A stretch of 56,769 bases of DNA from a virus (lineage: Duplodnaviria > Caudoviricetes). Position 1 is the stretch's first letter. Each line of letters starts with the position of its first letter. The position numbers and the translations under genes were made by a program. The DNA lies in the IMG/VR virus record IMGVR_UViG_3300045973_000630, positions 1 to 56,769 of that record; one strand, 5' to 3'. This document shows positions 36,817 to 46,105 of the stretch, in pieces. Below the pieces are notes generated by a model. That model was not told the origin of the DNA. It ran no database searches and worked only from the letters and a program-made list of their open reading frames with translations.

Positions 36817-37575
36817 ATGTCATTAACTAAGATTTTTGAAGACATTTTAAATAAAGAACAACCTAAGTCTAGCAGTTTAGGTCAATTCAAAATTAAACCC
36901 TCAACATTAGGGTCTAAGTGTCTTCGTAAAGTCTATTATGTTTCAGCAGGTGTTTCTGAAGACTTTGAGTTTGACCTCAGCGGTAAGCGCCGAATGAAGC
37001 TAGGTGACTATGTTCATTCTATGCTTCATGACATTTATGATGAAGCAGGGATTCTTATAAAGTATATTAATCCGGATGGAACTACTAATTTAGATTGGAA
37101 AAACCCAACTAAAATTGATTATGAGTTTCCGTTATCTTCAGAAGACCTTTTTATCAAACGCGGGAAGATCGATGCGGTAATAGAGATTAATAATGAACTT
37201 TGGATTGGTGAGTATAAATCTATAAATATGAATGGATTTAGTAACTTAACCCAGGCTAAACCTGAGCATATAATCCAAGCAGTTGTTTATTTATATGTAT
37301 TTAATCAGATGTTAGCAAGTGGCGCATTTTCACATATAGAACAATTAGCTAAGTATAAAGCAGCAAAAGGTGTTAAATTTTTATATTTAAATAAAGATGA
37401 CACAGCATTAAAAGAGTTTACCCTAACTAATTGTGATGAAATCTTTGGTCAAATAGTAGAGAAAATAATGGTAATTAGACAAGCTTATGAAACCAAGCAA
37501 CTACCTGGAAAAACTCCTGACTTTTGTAAAACTTGTAATTATAGAACAAAATGTCAAAATAACTATAACATTTAG
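36817..37575 (+). CDS. Cas4-like PD-(D/E)XK exonuclease
   Basis: CLRK, GxxVH, GKID, EYKS, QxxxY and C-terminal CKTCNYRTKC. Confidence 0.85.
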   Translation: MSLTKIFEDILNKEQPKSSSLGQFKIKPSTLGSKCLRKVYYVSAGVSEDFEFDLSGKRRMKLGDYVHSMLHDIYDEAGILIKYINPDGTTNLDWKNPTKIDYEFPLSSEDLFIKRGKIDAVIEINNELWIGEYKSINMNGFSNLTQAKPEHIIQAVVYLYVFNQMLASGAFSHIEQLAKYKAAKGVKFLYLNKDDTALKEFTLTNCDEIFGQIVEKIMVIRQAYETKQLPGKTPDFCKTCNYRTKCQNNYNI

Positions 37576-37604
37576 TTTACTTAATGGAATATATAAGATA
37601 TAGT
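37576..37604 (+). promoter_or_regulatory. sigma70-like promoter
   Basis: TTTACT-N17-TATAGT. Confidence 0.6.
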
Positions 37605-37648
37605 CTAAGTATAGCCGTAACAACTCGGAATAATCTTTTAGGAATATA

Positions 37649-37993
37649 ATGGCTGACTCAAATAATAACTCATTCAAATGTAAAGAAGTATGCGATTGGA
37701 AGATAAATTCTCCAAAGTATCAAGATTGTATATGGAGTTATATAAGAGCTAGATCTGCAGCAGATGGTTCTATGAGAGAGCATTCACAAGCTGAAATTTC
37801 TAAAATGCTAGGTATTCCAAGTACTAAGGTAGCGTTAGCTATAAAAGAAGCAACTAAAGCATTCAAAAAAGCATTGAAAAAAGCAGATTTAGCCCAAGTT
37901 TTAAATAAAGATGTTAGTTATAATATAAACTTAGGTACGACTTCTTTAGAAGTTACACCCACTTTTGATAAACCGAGCAATAGTATAAAATAA
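37649..37993 (+). CDS. small sigma70 region-4-like HTH protein
   Basis: EHSQAEISKMLGIPSTKVALAIKEATKAFK, preceded by a Cys-containing N-terminus. Confidence 0.6.
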   Translation: MADSNNNSFKCKEVCDWKINSPKYQDCIWSYIRARSAADGSMREHSQAEISKMLGIPSTKVALAIKEATKAFKKALKKADLAQVLNKDVSYNINLGTTSLEVTPTFDKPSNSIK

Positions 37994-37995
37994 TT

Positions 37996-38850
37996 TTGGA
38001 TAAAATGAGTAGTATGACTAATGATTCTAATTTTAAATTTATAATTCCCGCTGAACTTGAGAAATCTGCCAATGGAGACTGGAAAGTCCGCGGATTAGCC
38101 TCTACTAATAATTTAGATAGACAAGGTGAAAGAATCCTTCAAGAAGGTCTAGATTTAACTCCGATTGATCAAAAACGCGGAGTTATAAACTATGATCATT
38201 TAAGCGGACCTGAAAATACTATAGGTTTGCTAGACGGATATACTCAAACAAATAAAGGCTTATATATAGAGGGAAGACTCTTTAAAAATCATACTAAAGC
38301 GAAAGCTATATATGAAATCATGAGTTCTTTAAATAAAGCCGACCATGGTCGAATGGGTATTTCAGTTGAGGGTAAGATAATTGAACGAGATCCGCTCAAT
38401 CCATCAGTAATCAAAAAGTGTCGAATTAATGCAGTAGCTTTGACACTTAATCCAGTAAATGTAGATACTTATGTCGATATTGTGAAATCTATGAATGCAA
38501 GTCAAACAGTAGAATTTAATTCAATAGAGCAAGCGCAAAACCTAGAAGTTAAGTCCGAAGAGCCGATGTTCACATCTACTCAAGTAGTTTCTATTATAGA
38601 AAAAGCATTAGCAATTACTACCGGAAATGCTTTGGCACCAAATACTAGAACTGGTGGAGATGCTTTAGGCCAAGAAGAATTAGATTCTAAGAAAAAGCTT
38701 AAAAATAAACCAAAAGAGCTTTTTAAGTCTCAAATGCTAGAACTATTAGATCAACTTCAAAGTTTGCACCCAGACTGCTCTAGATCGGAGCTTTGGGCTG
38801 CAATCTCAGAGCGTTTATCAACAAAATTTCCACAAATACACAATAATTAA
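37996..38850 (+). CDS. prohead protease (true start may be ATG 38005 or 38014)
   Basis: GLAST...DRQGE, NYDH, GLYIEG, GISVEG and ALTLNPVN. Confidence 0.9.
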   Translation: MDKMSSMTNDSNFKFIIPAELEKSANGDWKVRGLASTNNLDRQGERILQEGLDLTPIDQKRGVINYDHLSGPENTIGLLDGYTQTNKGLYIEGRLFKNHTKAKAIYEIMSSLNKADHGRMGISVEGKIIERDPLNPSVIKKCRINAVALTLNPVNVDTYVDIVKSMNASQTVEFNSIEQAQNLEVKSEEPMFTSTQVVSIIEKALAITTGNALAPNTRTGGDALGQEELDSKKKLKNKPKELFKSQMLELLDQLQSLHPDCSRSELWAAISERLSTKFPQIHNN

Positions 38851-38891
38851 TAATTTAGATATAATTCTCAGTAATTATAAGGAGTTTCGAC

Positions 38892-39161
38892 ATGTCTCTT
38901 TCAGAAAAAGTAAAAGGTAGAATCAGATCAGCAATCACTAATAAAGATGATGCAGATGCACTTATTGCCGCTATTGAATCCGGAGCTAACCCACAAGCTA
39001 GTTCAGTTGCAGTAATTGGTACAACTTCAAATTTAGTAGGAGTTGATGGAACTGGTAGTAATGCTGCCCCATTAGCTGGTACTGAATCAAGACTAGATGC
39101 GGTTGAAGCTAAAATCGATGCAGTTATTACTGCACTTAAAACTGCCGGATTAATGGCTTAA
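38892..39161 (+). CDS. head fibre/decoration-like protein
   Basis: C-terminal AKIDAVITALKTAGLMA is typical of short head-fibre proteins. Confidence 0.6.
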   Translation: MSLSEKVKGRIRSAITNKDDADALIAAIESGANPQASSVAVIGTTSNLVGVDGTGSNAAPLAGTESRLDAVEAKIDAVITALKTAGLMA

Positions 39162-39177
39162 TTTCAAGGAGAGAACA

Positions 39178-40026
39178 ATGAATACTCAACAAACTGAAAA
39201 TCTCAATAAGTCAATTGATTCTCTTATTGAAGAATTATTTGCAGAACCAGTTCAAAAAGCTAGCGACAATTTAGACGTAGCCTCTGCTAGTAAAACTACT
39301 GCAGACGCAGCTATCGCAAGTGCACCTAAATCTCAAAATGATGATGCACGTGGTGCAGGTCGTCCGAAACAAATTTCAGATGTTCCAGCAACTGATGAAG
39401 ATGGCAAACGGGATGGTCAATATGACTCATCAATCGCTACTAAAATTAGTGAAGATGAACCAGATGAGACTAAAAAACAGATCAAAGCAATTGATCAAGG
39501 GTCAAGTGCTGGACGTCTTAGCGAAGGTCCTAAGATGAAAGATCCAAGACTTTCTAAATCTATTTCTGAAGATGAATATGCTGAATTTGTAGCATTCAAA
39601 AAATCTAAATCAGAAGCAGAAGAACTTAAGAAATCTGAAGAACTTAAAAAGTCAGAAGATCTTAAAAAAGCAGAACTTGAATCATTTATTAAATCTGCAG
39701 TTAATGCAGCCGTCGGTTCAGTTAAACAAGAGAATGATAATCTTAAAAAATCTTTAAATGAGTCACAAGCACTTATTAAAGCAATGGCTAATCAACCACA
39801 AAGATCTAAATCAATTACAGGAATCGAAGCATTAGAGAAATCTATGCCAGAACTAACTGGTCCACAAGAATTTTCTAAATCAGAAAAACTTGATGCAGCA
39901 GAACGTTTAGTAATGAAAAAAGCGCTTCCATTAGAAGCAGTAGTAGAGCTCGAAAACACTAACACTGTGTTCAACAAAGAATGGCAAAAACAAATCGAAC
40001 GCGAGTTATTGAACCCATCTAAATAG
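39178..40026 (+). CDS. putative scaffolding protein
   Basis: Charged and helical, between protease and capsid, with many xKS motifs. Confidence 0.75.
   Translation: MNTQQTENLNKSIDSLIEELFAEPVQKASDNLDVASASKTTADAAIASAPKSQNDDARGAGRPKQISDVPATDEDGKRDGQYDSSIATKISEDEPDETKKQIKAIDQGSSAGRLSEGPKMKDPRLSKSISEDEYAEFVAFKKSKSEAEELKKSEELKKSEDLKKAELESFIKSAVNAAVGSVKQENDNLKKSLNESQALIKAMANQPQRSKSITGIEALEKSMPELTGPQEFSKSEKLDAAERLVMKKALPLEAVVELENTNTVFNKEWQKQIERELLNPSK
39619..39672 (+). repeat. 3 x 18-bp imperfect tandem repeat (EELKKS/EELKKS/EDLKKA)
   Basis: GAAGAACTTAAGAAATCT GAAGAACTTAAAAAGTCA GAAGATCTTAAAAAAGCA. Confidence 0.85.
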
Positions 40027-40031
40027 AATTT

Positions 40032-40050
40032 AGCCCCTTCGGGGGTTTTT
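40032..40050 (+). terminator. UUCG hairpin / terminator between scaffold and capsid genes
   Basis: AGCCCC-TTCG-GGGGTT-TTT. Confidence 0.75.
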
Positions 40051-40112
40051 AATTTTAACAATCTTACAAATTAACATTAAAAATATAAAAACTTTTTCTT
40101 TAAGGAGAAAAC

Positions 40113-41531
40113 ATGTCACAAATTATTAATCAGATCGCTAATGATCCGTCAATTACTGGCTTTGGATCAATGGGTGCGCAACAAGTTGATGCTTTACAAA
40201 AAGCATTAGCAATTACACAAAACTACGGCACAACTGCTCCAGGTTCACTTTCAGGTGGATCCGCTCTTGCAGTTGAAGATCTTGACCGTACTCTTAAACT
40301 AGTTACACATGGTTTAGAGCATTTGAAACTTTGGAAAGATATCGTAAAAGAGAAAGTAAACCAAACAGTTTCAGAATATAACGTTCAAAATTCATATGGT
40401 CAAGAAGTTAGTCCATTTTTCAATATGGGTGGAACTCCGGTATCAACTACGGCTAATTATGATCGTGAATTTATCCAAGTAAAATATCTTGGAACTCAAG
40501 GACAAGTACAACATAACTTGACCCTTATTCAAGCAGCGCACGGTCCAGTTATTGCTCGCGAAGTTAAAAACAAAACAGTTGAACTTTTAGCTAGAAACGA
40601 AAGAGCAATGTTCGAAGCTGATAGCTCAATCAACTCTCTTGAGTATGATGGTATCGAAGCTCAAATCGCTACTAAAGAAGCTCAATCACAATACAAATCA
40701 ACTGCTTTCGCAGGTTTTGATGCAGTTGGATCTTCTGACTCTGTGATTATCGATGTACGCGGAAAATTCAATGATGAAGTAGCTGAAAGAATGGCGTTAA
40801 CTAACGTTAATAACTTCGGTATGGCTATGGATTGTTATTTAGGTACTGATGTTCATTCAGTATTTTCTAGAGATTATTATTTAAAACAAAGAACTCTTCC
40901 TGGAGAAACTTTGACTTCTGGTAACAGAGTTAAAGAACATACTGGTTCGATTGATTACCGATTTAAACCAAGTTTGTTTAATAGACCAAGAATTAGTCCA
41001 CTTCCGCAATCAGTGTCAGCTTCAGCAGTTCCTACAATTGCTAATATGCTTTCGCCAGCGGACGCAAGTTCACAATTTGCTTCAGGAGATGCTGGAACTT
41101 ATGGATATAAAGTAAGTTTAGTATTTTCTGATGGTGAAACTGCTCCGTCAACTGAAGTTTCTGGCGCAGTTGCTGCGGGAGATAAAGTTACTATGGAAAT
41201 TTCTTTCTCAGGAAGTCCATTGTATGCTAATATCTTCAGATCTGCTAAAGATGCTGCTGGTTCTAACTGGAAATTTATCGGTCGTATTGCATTACTTGGT
41301 TCTGGAGTTGCAGTAACTATCGATATGAATGCAGTTATTCCAGGTGCTGCAAAAGCATTCTTGTTAATGCATGATTCTGATGCATTATGTTTTAAACAAT
41401 TAGGTTCTATGATTAAATATGATTTGGCAGTTACCGATACCAGCTATAAGTGGCTACAACTTATGTATGGAACTCCATTGATAGCCGCGTCTAGAAAACA
41501 TTGTATAGCTAAAAATTTAACTTTAGCATAA
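40113..41531 (+). CDS. major capsid protein
   Basis: LQKAL...GSALAVEDLDRTLK...LWKDI...EYN...VKYLG...LEYDG; SPO1/Twort-like capsid, downstream of protease and scaffold. Confidence 0.92.
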   Translation: MSQIINQIANDPSITGFGSMGAQQVDALQKALAITQNYGTTAPGSLSGGSALAVEDLDRTLKLVTHGLEHLKLWKDIVKEKVNQTVSEYNVQNSYGQEVSPFFNMGGTPVSTTANYDREFIQVKYLGTQGQVQHNLTLIQAAHGPVIAREVKNKTVELLARNERAMFEADSSINSLEYDGIEAQIATKEAQSQYKSTAFAGFDAVGSSDSVIIDVRGKFNDEVAERMALTNVNNFGMAMDCYLGTDVHSVFSRDYYLKQRTLPGETLTSGNRVKEHTGSIDYRFKPSLFNRPRISPLPQSVSASAVPTIANMLSPADASSQFASGDAGTYGYKVSLVFSDGETAPSTEVSGAVAAGDKVTMEISFSGSPLYANIFRSAKDAAGSNWKFIGRIALLGSGVAVTIDMNAVIPGAAKAFLLMHDSDALCFKQLGSMIKYDLAVTDTSYKWLQLMYGTPLIAASRKHCIAKNLTLA

Positions 41532-41556
41532 TATTAAAAGTTTAGTTCAAAACTTT

Positions 41557-41587
41557 AAAACCCTAGGCCTAAAACCTAGGGTTTTTT
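41557..41587 (+). terminator. intrinsic terminator after the capsid gene
   Basis: AAAACCCTAGG-7nt-CCTAGGGTTTTTT. Confidence 0.85.
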
Positions 41588-41671
41588 CGTTTCAATATGA
41601 TACAACTCAAAAATAAATGCTTACAACTAAAATTTCTCGGAGTAAAGTTAAGTAACAAGGAGATCATATTT

Positions 41672-41935
41672 ATGAAAACATGTCAAAAAGGGCTACATCA
41701 GTATTCTAAAGATCTAAAAAGATGCCCAGATTGCACTAAACTAAAAAATTTAAAGTTTAGAAGCGAGAATCCAGAGAATGCTGGACTAGCAACTAAAAAA
41801 TATAGAGACGCTAATCCAGAGAAAGCTGCAAAAGCAATTGAAAATTGGAAATTTAACAATCCAGAAAAAGCTAAAGAGGCCAACCAACGCGCTTGCAAAA
41901 ACTGGAGAGATACTTTAAAAACTGAGAATGATTAA
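41672..41935 (+). CDS. truncated homing-endonuclease N-terminal domain (Zn motif + NPE repeats)
   Basis: AAGGAG upstream of ATG 41672. CxxxxH...CPDC and three NPE repeats, with no nuclease domain. Promoter-like CTTACA-N17-TAAAGT at 41620-41648. Confidence 0.65.
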   Translation: MKTCQKGLHQYSKDLKRCPDCTKLKNLKFRSENPENAGLATKKYRDANPEKAAKAIENWKFNNPEKAKEANQRACKNWRDTLKTEND

Positions 41936-41958
41936 TATTTTAACTAGTAGGGTAATTT

Positions 41959-42273
41959 ATGGAACCTAAAATAAAAGATATTGCTCGCGACGAATTTGGA
42001 AAGAAAATCGGAAATTATAAAGAATGTGTTTGTTGTAAAAAAATATTTATCGCAAAACAGGGAGGTAATAAAACTTGTTCGGAGAGTTGCGCTACTAAAA
42101 ATAGGGCGACTAAGATGTCTGAAAATCGTAAAGGTAAACCATCTTGGAATTCCGGAAAAACTGGAGTTTATTCTTCGGAAACTAGAGAAGCAATGGGTAT
42201 TAAAAATAAAGGGAAAGTTTTGACAGATCTACATCGAGAAAAGATTTCTCAAAAATTAAAGAGTAACTCATGA
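41959..42273 (+). CDS. NUMOD3-type DNA-binding protein (homing-endonuclease-associated)
   Basis: CVCC...CSESC, KMSENRKGKPSWNSG, SSETREAMG and HREKISQKLK. Confidence 0.7.
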   Translation: MEPKIKDIARDEFGKKIGNYKECVCCKKIFIAKQGGNKTCSESCATKNRATKMSENRKGKPSWNSGKTGVYSSETREAMGIKNKGKVLTDLHREKISQKLKSNS

Positions 42274-42854
42274 AAAATTATCTAACGGAAGAGAAGCTAG
42301 GCGTAATTTTACAAAGTATATTTAGAGATATAACTCCTCAGTATAAATATAATAGACGAAGAGTTGATTTTGCAGTTAGGTTATCCGCCGAATCTAATCA
42401 ATATTCGAGTTTTAACAATAAATTTAAAGAATCAAATACTAAAGATATTATGCTTTTTTATGAATTTGATGGGTTTCATCATTACCAAAATAGTTATATG
42501 ATAGAAAAGGACGGGCCTAGACTAGTTTGGCAAGTTTTAGATTCTGAGAACAAAATACTTCAGTTACGAATTCCATATTGGGTTCAACCAGTTGCCGAGT
42601 TATCTAAAGTTTGGTTTGAAACTTACCAAGATTTCTCAGAAGGATTTCCACAAGGATTTATCTCCAAAGAGTGTGTTTGTCCAAGCACTTTTTGTACTGA
42701 TGGCGAAACCGAGTTTATTAGAGAACTTGCAGTTCTTCCCTTAGAAATTAAGAAGCAAATACACAATAATTTGCTAGACCGAGTTATCGAAACGGGTAGA
42801 GCTCGGACTATATCAAGGTCACTTCATCAGTATTTAACCCTAACAAACTATTAA
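42270..42854 (+). CDS. PD-(D/E)XK (Vsr/DUF559-like) endonuclease-like protein
   Basis: RRVDF, YEFDGFHHY and LRIPYW. Confidence 0.7.
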   Translation: MKNYLTEEKLGVILQSIFRDITPQYKYNRRRVDFAVRLSAESNQYSSFNNKFKESNTKDIMLFYEFDGFHHYQNSYMIEKDGPRLVWQVLDSENKILQLRIPYWVQPVAELSKVWFETYQDFSEGFPQGFISKECVCPSTFCTDGETEFIRELAVLPLEIKKQIHNNLLDRVIETGRARTISRSLHQYLTLTNY

Positions 42855-42884
42855 CTATAAGATATCATCATCCTAGGAGTACAA

Positions 42885-43034
42885 ATGAAATTATGGGAAT
42901 ACTACCACCTTTGTATAAGATATCCAACTTTGAAACTTTACTTAAACACTTGTTATGCCAACTATGACGATGATTATTTTTACGATTTTCTATTTACAAT
43001 AGAAACTCAAGATATGGATCGAATTGAATCATAA
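42885..43034 (+). CDS. 49-aa hypothetical protein
   Basis: AGGAG ribosome binding site. MKLWEYYHLCIRYP...; below the ORF-track cutoff. Confidence 0.5.
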   Translation: MKLWEYYHLCIRYPTLKLYLNTCYANYDDDYFYDFLFTIETQDMDRIES

Positions 43035-43067
43035 ATTGTATTATTTTGATACTTTAAAATAAATAAT

Positions 43068-43096
43068 TTTACAATTCAAAATTCCAAACTTATAAT
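43068..43096 (+). promoter_or_regulatory. near-consensus sigma70 promoter
   Basis: TTTACA-N17-TATAAT, followed by AAGGAG. Confidence 0.75.
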
Positions 43097-43113
43097 ATTT
43101 AAAAGGAGATAAC

Positions 43114-43977
43114 ATGAAGAAATTAATTATAAGTGTTCTAGTACTCACTTTAAATATAGGTTGCGGAGTAGCTGAAGGTCTTGGTCGTGAATGCGGTGGA
43201 ACTTTTGAACAAGGTTGTCATACTATTTTTGGTGGTAATCGAGCCAATGACCAAGATTACACTAATAATCTAAAAAACCAAGAACAAGATCAAAGACTTA
43301 AAAACTTAGAATTAAGGTTAGATAACTTAGAGTTATTAAATATCCAAATAAAGATTACTACTGAAAGTCTGGCACCTTCAGTTTATGACTTACAGTCTCA
43401 AATTGAAACCTTAAACTTAAAACAAACACAGTTTGAAACTGCAGTTCAGGCAGATGAACAAAGTGATAATTTAGCCCAAGTAAATCTTCAAAATCAAATA
43501 ACTATAACTAACCAAACATTAAATTCTTTAAATCAAAGTATTATAGCGCTTCAAACAACAACTACGGATCAAACTACGTTAATAACACAGTTACAAAATT
43601 CTGTAACTCAGTTACAACAGACTAGTAATTCACAACAAGTTACTACTCAAAATTTAGGTAACTCAGTTACCGTGCTACAAAATGCGCTTTTAGCACTACA
43701 AAATCAAAGTAATGCTAACACTGTACAACTAGCCACTTTGCAAGGTTATACTAATATTGTGAGTATAAAAGACCCATGTGGAAAGCAAGTTGCCGCCGAT
43801 GAAGTTCTATTAAAGCTTTCAGATGGTAGATACTTAGTAAGTTTTAGTGATAATGCTGCAGGTTTAAATACTAGATTTTCAGTACTTGGTAATGGAACTT
43901 ATGTAACTAGTGATGGAACTCATTGTTACTTTCAGATTAGTAATAACGGATTAACAATTTCAAATGAGCACAACTAA
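43114..43977 (+). CDS. predicted lipoprotein with long Gln/Asn-rich coiled coil and C-terminal beta domain
   Basis: MKK + hydrophobic stretch + IGC lipobox-like site, heptad repeats, DPCG...DEVLL...YVTSDGTHCYF. Confidence 0.7.
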   Translation: MKKLIISVLVLTLNIGCGVAEGLGRECGGTFEQGCHTIFGGNRANDQDYTNNLKNQEQDQRLKNLELRLDNLELLNIQIKITTESLAPSVYDLQSQIETLNLKQTQFETAVQADEQSDNLAQVNLQNQITITNQTLNSLNQSIIALQTTTTDQTTLITQLQNSVTQLQQTSNSQQVTTQNLGNSVTVLQNALLALQNQSNANTVQLATLQGYTNIVSIKDPCGKQVAADEVLLKLSDGRYLVSFSDNAAGLNTRFSVLGNGTYVTSDGTHCYFQISNNGLTISNEHN

Positions 43978-43986
43978 AAGGAAATT

Positions 43987-44235
43987 ATGGAAACTCAACA
44001 ATTTTCAGATGAGCAATTAAATATAGCCCTGGAACTTACACACCAGGAGTACTTTATGCAAGTACTTGGAATAATGTCTCATTCTAATACTGTAGAAGAA
44101 CTTAACTATGTCAAAATTCCGATAATAACTCCAGGCGGTGGAACTTATTTAATTAGTATCTTACATGTTGATGGACCTAAGATAAACTTACAAAGCTTAG
44201 CTAAATTAGATCAAACTAAAAAGGAAAATATATGA
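43987..44235 (+). CDS. hypothetical protein
   Basis: AAGGA ribosome binding site. Confidence 0.65.
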   Translation: METQQFSDEQLNIALELTHQEYFMQVLGIMSHSNTVEELNYVKIPIITPGGGTYLISILHVDGPKINLQSLAKLDQTKKENI

Positions 44236-44531
44236 ATTTAGAAACAGAGTTAACAAAATTAGAGAAGTTCTTAGTTAAACAAGGTCGTCCAGAATTGATT
44301 CTAGAACTTAGAGCTTTAGGTAATGACGATCGTAGACAAAGACTAATGAAACAAGCAGTTTTAGAGCAAGAGATCTTTGATACTAAAGATAAAGAATCGC
44401 AAAAGCCGCAAATTCAAGAAGCTAAAACTATTATTAAAGAGTTCAATGCTTTATATAGTGAGCAACTTAAAATGACTCGTAAGATTGCAAGGTTCATCCA
44501 TCTATTAATCGAAGATTCTGGGAAAGAATAA
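44232..44531 (+). CDS. hypothetical helical protein
   Basis: ATGA overlap with the upstream gene. Confidence 0.7.
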   Translation: MNLETELTKLEKFLVKQGRPELILELRALGNDDRRQRLMKQAVLEQEIFDTKDKESQKPQIQEAKTIIKEFNALYSEQLKMTRKIARFIHLLIEDSGKE

Positions 44532-44532
44532 T

Positions 44533-44709
44533 ATGGATATCTTAATCGCGGCAATCATCGCAGCATGTCCAGGATATGATACCGTAGCAGGCAAAATAAC
44601 AGTTACAAAATGTCAAGAACAAATGGTAAACTGTGTTATAGGACCTAACGGAGTTACGACTAAAGAATTAATTGAATCATGCACAAAGAAGGTACAAAAT
44701 GTCAAGTAA
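44533..44709 (+). CDS. 58-aa Cys-containing protein
   Basis: MDILIAAIIAACPGYD...C...C...C. It fills the gap between neighbours and is below the ORF-track cutoff. Confidence 0.55.
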   Translation: MDILIAAIIAACPGYDTVAGKITVTKCQEQMVNCVIGPNGVTTKELIESCTKKVQNVK

Positions 44710-44917
44710 TCAAGGTGGAGCTTCAGTTTTAAAACTACAAGATCCAATGTTTAAAGATAAAGATGGCGGAGGTGGAATGCCCCCATTTGCACATGCTGAA
44801 ATTGATGTAGCAATAAATGGGTACATTGTCACCACTGTTTTAGCAGATGGAACGGCAGAAACTGCAGTTTATACTGATTTTGATGATGTTATAAAATTTA
44901 TTAGAGCGGCAAACTAA
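44699..44917 (+). CDS. hypothetical protein
   Basis: ATG 44699 with GAAGG upstream, in frame with track ORF 44672. Confidence 0.6.
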   Translation: MSSNQGGASVLKLQDPMFKDKDGGGGMPPFAHAEIDVAINGYIVTTVLADGTAETAVYTDFDDVIKFIRAAN

Positions 44918-45525
44918 TGTATAAGTTAAGCCGAGAACTTGAAGATATATGTACGGTCATGAAAACTGCATATGACCGTAATTTAATTACTCCAAGAGAT
45001 GGGAATATCTCTATTAAAAAGGGTAATTTTATGTATATAACTCCAAGCGGAGTGCTTAAACATACTTTGAAGCCACAAGATATGGTTGGATTTAAATTCG
45101 AGGATGGAAGTACTAGTATAGAGATTTCTAAGAAACCTTCGGGTGAACTTGAAATGCATACAAAACTACAATTTGTAGATCTAGCAGAGCAACGATGTGT
45201 AATACATATGCACCCAACTTTCACAATTGCTGCAATGCATAAGGGATTTAATTTACAAGATATTGCAAAAGATTTCCCGGAGTTATCTAGATATACTAGG
45301 GTAGCTTACAATGTAAGAACTTTACCAGTTACCTCAAGTATTTTAGCATCAGAAACTTTAAGTGCACTAACCGATAGCTCGGAAAGACTTCAATTTGATA
45401 TTGTGGGACAAGCAAATCATGGAGTATGCGCGGTAGGCACTTCTGTTAGAGAAGCTTTCGAACATATTGAAAGACTAGAACATTGTTGTAAGATCGTAAT
45501 ATTATCCGGAGTTTCTTCAAAATAG
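44917..45525 (+). CDS. class II aldolase/adducin family protein
   Basis: DGNIS, ITPSG, KPSGELEMH, HMHP and NHG. Confidence 0.9.
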   Translation: MYKLSRELEDICTVMKTAYDRNLITPRDGNISIKKGNFMYITPSGVLKHTLKPQDMVGFKFEDGSTSIEISKKPSGELEMHTKLQFVDLAEQRCVIHMHPTFTIAAMHKGFNLQDIAKDFPELSRYTRVAYNVRTLPVTSSILASETLSALTDSSERLQFDIVGQANHGVCAVGTSVREAFEHIERLEHCCKIVILSGVSSK

Positions 45526-45532
45526 GAGTTTT

Positions 45533-46057
45533 ATGCTTTATTCGAAAAGACTAAAAGATAGAGTTAAGTTTTCAATTAAAGATTTAATTCCAAATAGAGT
45601 GCTAAGATTCTTTAGAAATCTTATACGAGCTTGTCAGTATTTTAAACAAGGTTGGGGCTCAAAAGACTGGGATTATTCATTTATTTTTGACGACTTAATC
45701 TTTAAGTTAAAACGGGTTGAAGTTGATCTCAAAAATGATATTTATCATGAACCCGAAAAGTTAGAACTTCAGTCAATAAGACTTGTAATTAAATTATTAG
45801 AAAAGTATAATACTGATAGGTATTATTATTACCGTAATTTACACGAGGCAAAATGGGGTGTTGGTGAAATGATTTTTTCAAAAGATGAGCAACCTAGAGT
45901 ATCTATTTTTAGAAAAAATGTAATTCCTGGAGAAAACGAAGAACAAGAACGTAAAGAGTTTTTAATTGCGGTTAAAGCAGACGCCGAATGTAGACGAAAA
46001 GACTTAGACTTAGCATTTAAGATAATACAAAAACATTGTCAAACTTGGTGGACTTAA
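45533..46057 (+). CDS. hypothetical phage protein
   Basis: WGSKDWDYSF...C-terminal WWT; ribosome binding site present. Confidence 0.75.
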   Translation: MLYSKRLKDRVKFSIKDLIPNRVLRFFRNLIRACQYFKQGWGSKDWDYSFIFDDLIFKLKRVEVDLKNDIYHEPEKLELQSIRLVIKLLEKYNTDRYYYYRNLHEAKWGVGEMIFSKDEQPRVSIFRKNVIPGENEEQERKEFLIAVKADAECRRKDLDLAFKIIQKHCQTWWT

Positions 46058-46105
46058 CTCTTACAAAACTCAAAATTATAGATATAACACTTAAAGCGGG
46101 GATTT

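Noticed and set aside
36817-37575. CRISPR-Cas system
   Set aside because: A solo Cas4-like nuclease is common in phages. No repeat-spacer array or other cas gene is present.
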